From positions 1 through 64,000 of the IMG/VR virus record IMGVR_UViG_3300042519_001676: 64,000 nt of DNA; one strand, given 5' to 3'. The notes beneath the pieces were generated by a model. That model ran no database searches. It worked only from the letters and a program-made list of their open reading frames with translations, and was not told the origin of the DNA. This DNA comes from a virus. How positions within the stretch are numbered: position 1 is the stretch's first letter; every line of letters starts with the position of its first letter. The translations under genes were made by a program, and so were the position numbers. Shown piece after piece: positions 6,989-20,492 of this stretch.

Positions 6989-7351
6989 ATGTTCGCAGTA
7001 GCCGCTAAAGAGACTTTCAACGCAGACGCAGTCCAAGACGCATGTAACGAAGCCGCAATCCAAGCTCGTACAGCCTGCAAGCAGACGCTGGCCCAAATGG
7101 GTGGCGACCGTGGTGCTTGTGGCTTTGCTTGGGTTAACGTGTGGGGCGTCCGTAGCAACTCCAAACTGGGCAAGGCCCTGTTGGCCGCAGGCTTCCGCAA
7201 AGACTACACCGGTTCACTGCAATTGTGGAATCCGGGCAAGGCGGCTGCACAGAGCATCGACGTTCTGGAAGCAGGTGCCTATGCATACGCAGAGGTGCTC
7301 AAAGAGAAATTGGGCTTGGAGAAGGTCTACGCTGGCTCGCGTATGGACTGA
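6989..7351 (+). CDS. conserved phage hypothetical protein (CGFAWV...SRxD family)
   Basis: AAGGAA RBS; ACGFAWVNV and YAGSRMD motifs. Confidence 0.85.
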   Translation: MFAVAAKETFNADAVQDACNEAAIQARTACKQTLAQMGGDRGACGFAWVNVWGVRSNSKLGKALLAAGFRKDYTGSLQLWNPGKAAAQSIDVLEAGAYAYAEVLKEKLGLEKVYAGSRMD

Positions 7352-7370
7352 TAAGTAAGACTGATAGGGC

Positions 7371-7399
7371 TTGACACTAGGCCCTATTGGTGTTATAAT
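7371..7399 (+). promoter_or_regulatory. early promoter P14, -35 box in a hairpin loop
   Basis: TTGACA 7371-7376, 17 bp, TATAAT 7394-7399; ATAGGGC/GCCCTAT arms. Confidence 0.9.
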
Positions 7400-7429
7400 A
7401 CTAACTTCGCAACACACTAAGGAAGCAAA

Positions 7430-8308
7430 ATGGCAACAGCAAAGAAGGCAGCACAGAAACCCAGCAAGGGCACCACCGTTCTGGAGTTTGACACACAGGC
7501 TATCAAAGCCAACGAGAACCGCGTGGCACGTGAAACAGATCAAGAGATCCTGGCCAGATTGGGCGAGCGTTTTGAGATTCTGGACGAGATGACCAAGGCT
7601 GTGAAGTCAGGTGATGTCCGTGCTATGATCGTATCGGGTCCTCCGGGCGTGGGCAAGAGCTACGGTGTTGAGGCAGTACTGCAAAAAGCAGACCTCTTCA
7701 ATACCTTAGCAGAGAAGAAGCCCAAGTTTGAGATCGTCAAAGGTGCTATGTCAGCACTGGGTCTCTACGCTAAACTCTACGAGTTCTCGGATGCAGGTAA
7801 CGTTGTAGTGTTTGACGACTGCGACTCAATCCTTATGGAAGACCTGAGCCTGAACATCCTTAAGGGTGCCTTGGACAGTTCAGAACGCCGTTTCATTGCT
7901 TGGAACACTGACAGCCGCTTGCTACGCTCAGAAGGCATTCCAGATCGCTTTGAGTTCAAAGGTGCAGCCATCTTCATCACTAATATTAAGTTCGAGCACG
8001 TAAAGTCTAAGCGACTGCGTGATCACTTGGATGCATTGGAAAGCCGTTGCCACTACATCGATCTGCAGATGGACACTGATCGTGAGAAGATACTCCGTAT
8101 CAAGCAGGTTGTAAATGAAAAGGGCATGTTGGACCGCTACGATTTCGAGCAGTGTGTGAAAGACGAGATTGTTACCTTCGTAGAGCAGAACCAGAGCAAG
8201 CTTCGTGAGCTGAGCCTGCGTATGGTACTGAAGTTGGCAGACCTGCGTAAGAGCTTTCCAAAGAGCTGGACTGCAATGGCCAAGACAACCTGTATGAAGC
8301 GAGTCTAA
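7430..8308 (+). CDS. AAA+ family ATPase
   Basis: Walker A GPPGVGKS, Walker B VVVFDDCD, sensor-1 IFITN, arginine finger ALESRC. Confidence 0.9.
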   Translation: MATAKKAAQKPSKGTTVLEFDTQAIKANENRVARETDQEILARLGERFEILDEMTKAVKSGDVRAMIVSGPPGVGKSYGVEAVLQKADLFNTLAEKKPKFEIVKGAMSALGLYAKLYEFSDAGNVVVFDDCDSILMEDLSLNILKGALDSSERRFIAWNTDSRLLRSEGIPDRFEFKGAAIFITNIKFEHVKSKRLRDHLDALESRCHYIDLQMDTDREKILRIKQVVNEKGMLDRYDFEQCVKDEIVTFVEQNQSKLRELSLRMVLKLADLRKSFPKSWTAMAKTTCMKRV

Positions 8309-8309
8309 C

Positions 8310-8510
8310 ATGTTGACTAGGCTAGCACTGTACACCGCATTGGGCCTAGTGCTCAGTGCTGTGGGTGCCACACTGGACACATGGCAGTTCTGGTCAGTGG
8401 TGGGATTGTTCTGGGCATCGGAGCACTTGACCAGACAGGAACTGTGGGATCAGATCACTGAAGAAGTAGCTCGGATGCGAGCAGACAACAACAACAAGGA
8501 CACACCATGA
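8310..8510 (+). CDS. small membrane protein
   Basis: Hydrophobic N-half; tight packing with neighbours. Confidence 0.7.
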   Translation: MLTRLALYTALGLVLSAVGATLDTWQFWSVVGLFWASEHLTRQELWDQITEEVARMRADNNNKDTP

Positions 8511-8812
8511 AGCAGCAGAGCACACAGATCACAGCATGTACCTACCTGGGTCACACCAACACTGCCTGTGGACACGCAACACTGCCCGGCAAGAGCTACT
8601 GTGCAGAGCACTACGCAATGGTCTACAAGGTAGGCTCGGGCACACGTAGACGCAAGGACGAACTGATCGCACAGAAGGTTAGGCTAGTAGAGTCACTGTT
8701 CAACGATGCTATCGAACAGCTGGAAGCAGAAGGATTTGACTGCTACGGCACATCAGAACTCAAGACTAATCAGTTCGAGGCTGATGAGGACCAGGTGGTG
8801 GTGGGGCACTGA
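8507..8812 (+). CDS. protein with GcrA C-terminal-like Cys/His motif
   Basis: CTYLG...CGHATLPGKSYCAEHYAMVY resembles GcrA C-W-P-x-G...FCG...PYCxEH...AY. Confidence 0.65.
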   Translation: MKQQSTQITACTYLGHTNTACGHATLPGKSYCAEHYAMVYKVGSGTRRRKDELIAQKVRLVESLFNDAIEQLEAEGFDCYGTSELKTNQFEADEDQVVVGH

Positions 8813-8844
8813 GGTGGGGTGGGGCACTGAGGTGGGGTGGGGGG
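8800..8844 (+). repeat. 18-bp tandem repeat with five G>=4 tracts
   Basis: GGTGGGGCACTGAGGTGG at 8800-8817 and 8818-8835, then GGTGGGGGG. Confidence 0.85.
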
Positions 8845-9093
8845 TCGCTCCCCTGCTGCCGCTTGCCCGCTAGCTTTGCTTGCTTGTCAAACTTTTTCCA
8901 AAATCCCCACCCCTGTTAGACTAGATCACCAGGACCACGGTTCTCACTCTATACTTTTAACTGCGTAGTAATTTTTTGCGGGCTATATAGACCGGGGTTG
9001 TAAAACTCTCGGCCACTACTGTTTTGCACTCTTGAAAATTTTTTTACGCAATTTTTTGTCCGCTGTATACTTCGGCCTGTATAAGTACACACT

Positions 9094-9279
9094 ATGAGCA
9101 CAAGACAATACGCTATATACACTCTAGATCCCAATTTCCGCTACTGTTTAGAATGGGTTGGTCAGCATAACCTACAGTGGGAACCGCACCTAAACCGTAC
9201 TCGCTTTTGGGTTCCCGAAGGTCCACTACTCACAGAGTTCTTACTACGTTGGGGTCAGCATTGTGAGCACATTGACTAG
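9094..9279 (+). CDS. hypothetical protein
   Basis: TAAGTA late-type box 6 nt before ATG; EPHLNRTRFWVP motif. Confidence 0.7.
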   Translation: MSTRQYAIYTLDPNFRYCLEWVGQHNLQWEPHLNRTRFWVPEGPLLTEFLLRWGQHCEHID

Positions 9280-9300
9280 TGTTGGTACTGTAAATACACT

Positions 9301-9495
9301 ATGCGTCTATTATACACTGCGTTGAGTCTTGTGCCCGCACCCTTGTTCTTTATAGGTTTCATTTGGAGCCTGTTTAATCACAGTCCCATCTGCGGCACTG
9401 ACTATAGTATGACTGCCATGTGGTTTATCATGAGTCTAGCACATGTTCTACCTTGGCTACTGTGGTGGCAACAGCGTAACTTTACCGGGCCATGA
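9301..9495 (+). CDS. small membrane protein
   Basis: TAAATA 4 nt before ATG; two hydrophobic segments. Confidence 0.7.
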   Translation: MRLLYTALSLVPAPLFFIGFIWSLFNHSPICGTDYSMTAMWFIMSLAHVLPWLLWWQQRNFTGP

Positions 9496-9681
9496 CCAAC
9501 AGCAGTGATACATGCCCTGTGTACTGGCCCATGCTGACCAATAGTAACAGTCCAATACTGCCTGTTCATCCACTATCCACAGTAGATCTTTCAACAGTAG
9601 TGTACCTTTTGGACCACTGATAACAGCGTCTAGTCTATTTGGATTCAGTGTTTGTGCAGTGACTCTCACCAATGAGATCAT
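9457..9681 (-). CDS. hypothetical protein
   Basis: ATGA overlap with 9678..10223. Confidence 0.5.
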   Translation of the reverse strand: MISLVRVTAQTLNPNRLDAVISGPKGTLLLKDLLWIVDEQAVLDCYYWSAWASTQGMYHCCWSWPGKVTLLPPQ

Positions 9682-10223
9682 TGTGCTTCAGGGTTAGTCA
9701 ACATAGAGTATGCTATTGGACCCACATCCAGCATTAGACTGATACGTCTTACATGCCGTCTTGTGACCACTGTAGCACGTGGAATTTTGGTGTTGATCAC
9801 TGTGGGCTTTCTCATAGTGACTCGTGCCATTTCTACAGCACTTTCACTGTTATATCTCCAGTAGTTGGCTGTCACAGTGGGATCATACTTGAGCATTTCA
9901 GCTGTGGGATAGTAAGCAGTGTATCCATACTCACAGCCTATAACTGGAATTTCCAATCTAGCACCCGGGCCCAATATTTCAGAGTATATAGCAGTACTGT
10001 CCAACTCTTTTAACACAGTAAGACTAGCAGTTTTCACAGTGAAATTATACAGACTCAACAGTGGACGTATAGTGGGAATTTCATTGTACAGCATGTCCAA
10101 ACTGATTTCACGCCATGGGATTGTTATGGGGTTATGAATCAGATCCAAACTCAATGCCAGCATTGCTGCCTGCTGTTGGATAGCTGAATGTTCGTAGTCT
10201 AGTTGTTTATAGTAGGGCAGCAT
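9678..10223 (-). CDS. hypothetical protein, possibly a degenerate double-stranded beta-helix (oxygenase-like) fold
   Basis: TAAATA 4 nt upstream; ARLEIPV...PTVINTKIP...RRISL layout, but no HxD...H ligands. Confidence 0.65.
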   Translation of the reverse strand: MLPYYKQLDYEHSAIQQQAAMLALSLDLIHNPITIPWREISLDMLYNEIPTIRPLLSLYNFTVKTASLTVLKELDSTAIYSEILGPGARLEIPVIGCEYGYTAYYPTAEMLKYDPTVTANYWRYNSESAVEMARVTMRKPTVINTKIPRATVVTRRHVRRISLMLDVGPIAYSMLTNPEAQ

Positions 10224-10326
10224 CCAGTATTTATTTTAATGTGGTTTAAATTATTATCTGGGTAGTTTATGTTAGAAAAATTTCTGCGTTACCGCTTCGC
10301 GGCTTCGCCGCAAGAAACAGGAATGT

Positions 10327-11268
10327 TCAGATCTGCCGGATGGGGATCAAGCGTTTGGGAGTTAATATGTCCGTGGTGCAGTGGCAGTGGTTCAGTTCAC
10401 AGATCACGGATTCTGTGGGCCATTTCAGCAGGGGATCTTTCAGCCATCCTATATATCCGCCCTGCGAGCAGTTGCCCCTACGATAGCTGCCGTCGTACTG
10501 CACAAATAGGCTGTTTAGGCCAATGTCACATTGCCAGCCGGTGAAATAGTGTTTATTCTGGCTGATCAGCTGATTTGCCCAGGGACCCGATGCATATTCA
10601 GTGTGGCCCGCTAGATAGTGTACAGTGGCAGAATATTCCAACTTGTCAGTGGCAAAAGGACGGGGCTTTTTGTTCCGGCACTGGTCCAACCATGCTAGCT
10701 GTTCCTCAGTGTACAGTACTGTTTGACTGCCACCGCCCCAATCCAATATGCGTACAGCTTCTACACCCATGGGAGTTGCCTGCAACATTTTAAACACTCT
10801 GACACATTGATCCCATCGATCGGGATCCATCATTATTCTGGCAGTGGTGTGCGGTATCAGCTGATTAGTAGCCACAGCACGAACAACCCACTCATCGTCT
10901 GCGTATTCGGCATGATAGCTGAGACAGATATAGTCCGGGCGGCAATCACTCCAGTAATGAGCAGCACGAACACCGTTTGAAGTCACTCCTACCTGATGCC
11001 CCCTGCTGAGAAATAGATTAATGAGATCTTTAAGCCAGGGACTCACAGTGGGTTCACCACCTGCTATGGCCAACTGTATATGTTCATGTCGATCCATCAG
11101 GGCCAGGGCAAAACGTTCTGCGTGTGCCCATTCATAGTGATGATTTTTTCCAGAATGCAGTGTTGAAGGGCAGTAACGGCAGTGGTTGGTGCAGATATTG
11201 TTGATACTCCAGGTCAATTGGAATACAGGGTCGTTAGCTGTGATTTCTAAAATTTCAGTGTTTACCAT
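10327..11268 (-). CDS. radical SAM protein with C-terminal Cys-rich (SPASM/twitch-like) domain
   Basis: CTNHCRYC (CxxxCxxC), GGEPT, TSNG; C-terminal CDIG...GNC...CELNHCHC. Confidence 0.9.
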   Translation of the reverse strand: MVNTEILEITANDPVFQLTWSINNICTNHCRYCPSTLHSGKNHHYEWAHAERFALALMDRHEHIQLAIAGGEPTVSPWLKDLINLFLSRGHQVGVTSNGVRAAHYWSDCRPDYICLSYHAEYADDEWVVRAVATNQLIPHTTARIMMDPDRWDQCVRVFKMLQATPMGVEAVRILDWGGGSQTVLYTEEQLAWLDQCRNKKPRPFATDKLEYSATVHYLAGHTEYASGPWANQLISQNKHYFTGWQCDIGLNSLFVQYDGSYRRGNCSQGGYIGWLKDPLLKWPTESVICELNHCHCTTDILTPKRLIPIRQI

Positions 11269-11336
11269 ACAGAGTATTTACTTGTTAATATCCTGCTAAA
11301 TATAAAAATTAGCATATCTAAACAGGATAACCTTGA

Positions 11337-16723
<5,387 letters not shown>

Positions 16724-16728
16724 AGTTT

Positions 16729-16757
16729 ATTATAAACTATTTGCAATCTAATGTCAA
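16729..16757 (-). promoter_or_regulatory. perfect sigma70 promoter 5 nt from the nucleotidase ATG
   Basis: Minus strand TTGACA (16757-16752), 17 bp, TATAAT (16734-16729); the upstream gene's TGA is inside the -35. Confidence 0.85.
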
Positions 16758-17440
16758 ATACTTAATTGTTTATCGGTTGCTTTAGTAATTGCAGACATAA
16801 GATGTCCAACTAAGCCGTCGTTGCGAAGGCTTTTGAATGCCAGATTTGCAGGACCAAATTCGCCATCTTTTGCCAGTCCCGCCTTTCTGAAATTCTTCAG
16901 CATGTCTTTTAGTTTTTCCATAAATTCTAGATCACCAGTTTTAACTGCTTTAAGAATTAAATTTTCCCACATATCAAACAATCGTCTAACTTCTTTCCGA
17001 TCATAGTCCATAATAGGAGCACCGGGTTTCTTAATCCACTCTCCTCTAAGAACTGAGTATGTAGACGAAACAGCAGGCTCTTTAGAATCTTCTGCGTACA
17101 ATTCTACAGGAACGTTACGAATGTATAGATCGTGATTTTGTTTCCATAATCTTCTTTTTGCGTCAAACAATTCTGCAACTGCAAGATCACAATCGACGCT
17201 GTCATACGGAACAATAAGATGCAGATCTAAATCTGAATGTCGAGTATAGTTATAGTTTGCCTGACTGCCTGTTACTAGTATGTCTATAATAGGAACATCT
17301 ATGTCTAAAAAATTATAGTAGGCTTTGGCTATTTTTAATAACGCAACTCTTACATCTGTTCTTAGATCACTGCCCTGCCACAATGCAGGATTGAGTTCTT
17401 TATTAAGATCAATTGGGTCAGTAAATTCAGCAATACTCAT
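16754..17440 (-). CDS. Pol-beta superfamily nucleotidyltransferase
   Basis: GS...SDLDLH signature plus downstream acidic residue (VELY). Confidence 0.8.
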   Translation of the reverse strand: MSIAEFTDPIDLNKELNPALWQGSDLRTDVRVALLKIAKAYYNFLDIDVPIIDILVTGSQANYNYTRHSDLDLHLIVPYDSVDCDLAVAELFDAKRRLWKQNHDLYIRNVPVELYAEDSKEPAVSSTYSVLRGEWIKKPGAPIMDYDRKEVRRLFDMWENLILKAVKTGDLEFMEKLKDMLKNFRKAGLAKDGEFGPANLAFKSLRNDGLVGHLMSAITKATDKQLSI

Positions 17441-17446
17441 AACTAT

Positions 17447-17464
17447 TATTTATTTTATTAAATA
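17447..17464. promoter_or_regulatory. divergent T4-type late promoters
   Basis: TAAATA on minus (17447-17452) and plus (17459-17464), 6 and 5 nt from the two ATGs. Confidence 0.65.
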
Positions 17465-17469
17465 TCTCG

Positions 17470-18030
17470 ATGAGTGAAATAAAAAGTTTAACCGGAAGTA
17501 TTATAGTATCGCAGCCTAGAAGCGAGGATCCCTATTTTACCAAGGGAGTTATATTAGTTGCAAAACACAGTCCTAGCGGGTCTTGGGGTTTAATGGTTAA
17601 CAAACCTGCCGCAAATTTAACCCTGGGTACAATTATGCAGGCAGTAGGGATTGATTCAAAAAAACGAGATAAAGTATTTGTTGGAGGACCAGTCGATACG
17701 CACAGAGTGTTTATTATTCATACTCTAGATTGGCAAAGTTCTAATACTATAAAAATTACGCCAGATATTGGAATCACTAACGAAATGGCCATACTTGCTG
17801 CAATTAGTAAAGACGAAGGCCCGGGACTTTATAGAACATGTATAGGTAGCTGTGGTTGGGCACCTAATCAATTAGACGGAGAATTTAGGGGAGATCCTCC
17901 GTGGAAACCACAAAATAGATGGCTCGATGCCCCGGCAACCATTGAGTCAATTTTCAATCTAGTCGATGACGGTCAATGGAATCGCAGTATAGAACTAGTT
18001 GCACAAAACAAAATCTCCAATTGGCTTTAA
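17470..18030 (+). CDS. yqgE: YqgE/AlgH family (DUF179) protein
   Basis: DPYF..VIL...H...GSWGLMVNKP, VFVGGPV, GWAPNQLDGE motifs. Confidence 0.85.
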   Translation: MSEIKSLTGSIIVSQPRSEDPYFTKGVILVAKHSPSGSWGLMVNKPAANLTLGTIMQAVGIDSKKRDKVFVGGPVDTHRVFIIHTLDWQSSNTIKITPDIGITNEMAILAAISKDEGPGLYRTCIGSCGWAPNQLDGEFRGDPPWKPQNRWLDAPATIESIFNLVDDGQWNRSIELVAQNKISNWL

Positions 18031-19475
18031 TCCTTTTCCGGACTAAAACTACTCAGGATATCTCTAACACTTCTTTGTTGCGGTGAGACTTTGGCCTTAG
18101 GCAACGAGCTGCCTCTAGTAGGATCGATTTCACCAGTTTCCGGATCAACGTTAGTTGCTGTAACTACACTGGTTTTCTTTAATCCGTCAATTAATGCATT
18201 GCTTGCTGCACTACGTTGTTGGCTAAAACTGCCCTCTTCTTCTTCACCTAAGTCCTTAATTCTAAGACTATCGATGTCAAATTCTAAGTCAACCTTTTGC
18301 CCTACTCCGCTCGAACTACGTGTCTTCATAAATTGAATTTGATAACGTCCACGTTCACGCATAGCCCTACTGGTAAAGATACCAATAACGTTATCTGCTG
18401 TTTGAATCTTACTTAAACCACCTGAGATGTGACTGTGATCAAATTCGATTTCTTCAACAGCACTGCGGTTCAACTGTGCGGCAGTTACTACTACACACTG
18501 AGTTTCCATTGCAAAGTTACGAAGCTCTTCTGATACGTATTTGTCTTTAACAAACAAGTCACTTGGGCTAACTTTAACACTTAGTGGCATCATAAGGTCC
18601 AAGTAGTCCACTAAAATAATGTCAGGTTTTTTGCCTGTTTTGACCTGATATTCTTTTAAATATGACCTTAAATCGTTACAGTTTTTGCCGGAAGGCATGT
18701 ATTTTATCTGCATTCCGCCAGCACGGCGACCAGTGAGTTTAACCTTCATTTCAACGTCATCTAAGTTCTTAAAGATGTCTTTGGAAGCAATACCAGTTAG
18801 CATACTGTCCACACGCATACCCACTAAACCTTCACTCAATTCAAAGGTAAAATAGATCACGTTCAACCCGGCGAGCGAAAAGTTTACACCTAAGTTGGCA
18901 AGGAATAAACTCTTACCGCCACCAGAGCCAGCACAGAAAATGTTCAATTCACCACGCTTGAAACCGCCGTACAGCTTGCGATCAATACTTGGATAACCAG
19001 TGCTGATCTGTCCATTATTGTCCTTCAACAATAACAAGCGGGCTCTTGGATCAAACCAGTAGTCAGTGCCCATGTCTTTGTTCAAACTGATCTGGATAGC
19101 GTCTTTGATCAGCTTTTCGACCGGAGTGTACTCGCCCTTTTCCAACAAGTCGGCTGATTTAAGAATTGCCCGCTCTAGCCCTTTATGTCGACTAAATGTT
19201 TCAAATTCATTCATCAACCAGTCATAGTTTTCTTTAGGTAATGTAATAGCCTGAAAGTCTGTGCTACAGCTAGCATTAACAATACTAACCTCAGGCATGA
19301 CTTTGTAGTCGTCTACATACTTGGTAACAAACGCCGCAGAATCCTGATATCGTTTGTCAAAATTTTCAGCATCAAAGATATTCTGACAGCGGATAAAAGT
19401 TTCAGCATCTGAAAGAAACATCTCCAGATACAGTTTTTGCATTTCTGCGTTATAATTAGGTTTGTTCATCGTCAT
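18027..19475 (-). CDS. 41: replicative DnaB-like helicase (gp41)
   Basis: AGSGGGKS Walker A, ILVDYLDLM, AQLNR, MKTR motifs. Confidence 0.93.
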   Translation of the reverse strand: MTMNKPNYNAEMQKLYLEMFLSDAETFIRCQNIFDAENFDKRYQDSAAFVTKYVDDYKVMPEVSIVNASCSTDFQAITLPKENYDWLMNEFETFSRHKGLERAILKSADLLEKGEYTPVEKLIKDAIQISLNKDMGTDYWFDPRARLLLLKDNNGQISTGYPSIDRKLYGGFKRGELNIFCAGSGGGKSLFLANLGVNFSLAGLNVIYFTFELSEGLVGMRVDSMLTGIASKDIFKNLDDVEMKVKLTGRRAGGMQIKYMPSGKNCNDLRSYLKEYQVKTGKKPDIILVDYLDLMMPLSVKVSPSDLFVKDKYVSEELRNFAMETQCVVVTAAQLNRSAVEEIEFDHSHISGGLSKIQTADNVIGIFTSRAMRERGRYQIQFMKTRSSSGVGQKVDLEFDIDSLRIKDLGEEEEGSFSQQRSAASNALIDGLKKTSVVTATNVDPETGEIDPTRGSSLPKAKVSPQQRSVRDILSSFSPEKD

Positions 19476-20457
19476 GCAGGTTCTCTAGTTTTTTCTTTAG
19501 TAATTGTATTTTTATCTCATTTGCTTCTACGTACTGTAGAATTGTGAACAGGGTATACAATCTACCATATCTATGCACAGCATCGGCACAGTCTTTGACG
19601 CTGTCTTGCCACTCTGGCATACTCACTGTCCAGCTATTTTCTAATGCGGCTTGTATTAATTTTGCTCCAGGCTTGTCTCGATCAGGCACCGCGATAACTC
19701 GCTTACCTAACTTATTAATTCTAGCAATTTGCGTAGCATTTGGTTCGTTAGTCATAATTGCTACACCGTCAACAGCTATCGCATCAAATTGCCCTTCAAC
19801 TACAATTACATATTCTCTATCTTCGGTCTGCCGATCGATGTTGAACACATAGCCACTTTGACTGTCTGTAAGGTATTTGGGTTTACCGGGTTTTATTTTC
19901 CGCCCAGTAAACCCCACTACCACACCGTCCTGATAGAAGGGAATAATAACTCGATCACGATATCCGTTCTCCGGACTCCACATCCAGTTGTACCATTCTA
20001 AATCCATGCTTCTACCAGCAAGGTAATCAACCACTGCTAATACTTCATCGTTTGGCTCAGCCATTAACCATTCTAATATTGACTTACAGTCTTCCGGGAG
20101 AGGTCTGGGCTCTTGATGAAAATTAATAGTAGGAGCAGCTACCGGTTGATCTTCTTTACTACGTAACGCCTCGAGGTTTAGTTTATTAATTTCCTCACTA
20201 GGCATTCCCATCCAGTTAAACAAATTTTTAGTATTCTTGCTTAATAACCTTCCGGGTGTCCAGCCTGCTTTGAATCCGCAGTTGAAACAATGATATTGGA
20301 ATCCATCGTTACTGAACAGCACACCACCACGTTTTCTTGTGTCTTGATGATCTCCATTGTGATGGCAACAGACTGCGTTGAAACCTATCCAGCCACTAGG
20401 AGTTGTCTTCCTTTTAGGAGGCAGAAAAGTTTGTACGGAAGCCTGTATGAGATTCAT
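19456..20457 (-). CDS. 61: DNA primase (gp61-like)
   Basis: Zn-binding N-terminus (YHCFNCG), KYL, Toprim VEGQFDA and PDRDKPG. Confidence 0.9.
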   Translation of the reverse strand: MNLIQASVQTFLPPKRKTTPSGWIGFNAVCCHHNGDHQDTRKRGGVLFSNDGFQYHCFNCGFKAGWTPGRLLSKNTKNLFNWMGMPSEEINKLNLEALRSKEDQPVAAPTINFHQEPRPLPEDCKSILEWLMAEPNDEVLAVVDYLAGRSMDLEWYNWMWSPENGYRDRVIIPFYQDGVVVGFTGRKIKPGKPKYLTDSQSGYVFNIDRQTEDREYVIVVEGQFDAIAVDGVAIMTNEPNATQIARINKLGKRVIAVPDRDKPGAKLIQAALENSWTVSMPEWQDSVKDCADAVHRYGRLYTLFTILQYVEANEIKIQLLKKKLENLHDDEQT

Positions 20458-20463
20458 ACATAC

Positions 20464-20492
20464 AGTTTAGCTTCTTACAAGTACTTTGTCAA
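20464..20492 (-). promoter_or_regulatory. sigma70-type promoter 6 nt from the primase ATG
   Basis: Minus strand TTGACA (20492-20487), 17 bp, TAAACT (20469-20464). Confidence 0.6.

Noticed and set aside
686-7430. CRISPR array or integron attC array for the early repeats
   Set aside because: Repeats are degenerate promoters separated by whole genes; no constant spacers, cas genes, attC-type arms or integrase in the window.
340-8380. Minus-strand and alternate-frame ORFs in the early region
   Set aside because: Shadows of + strand genes that have promoters and RBSs.
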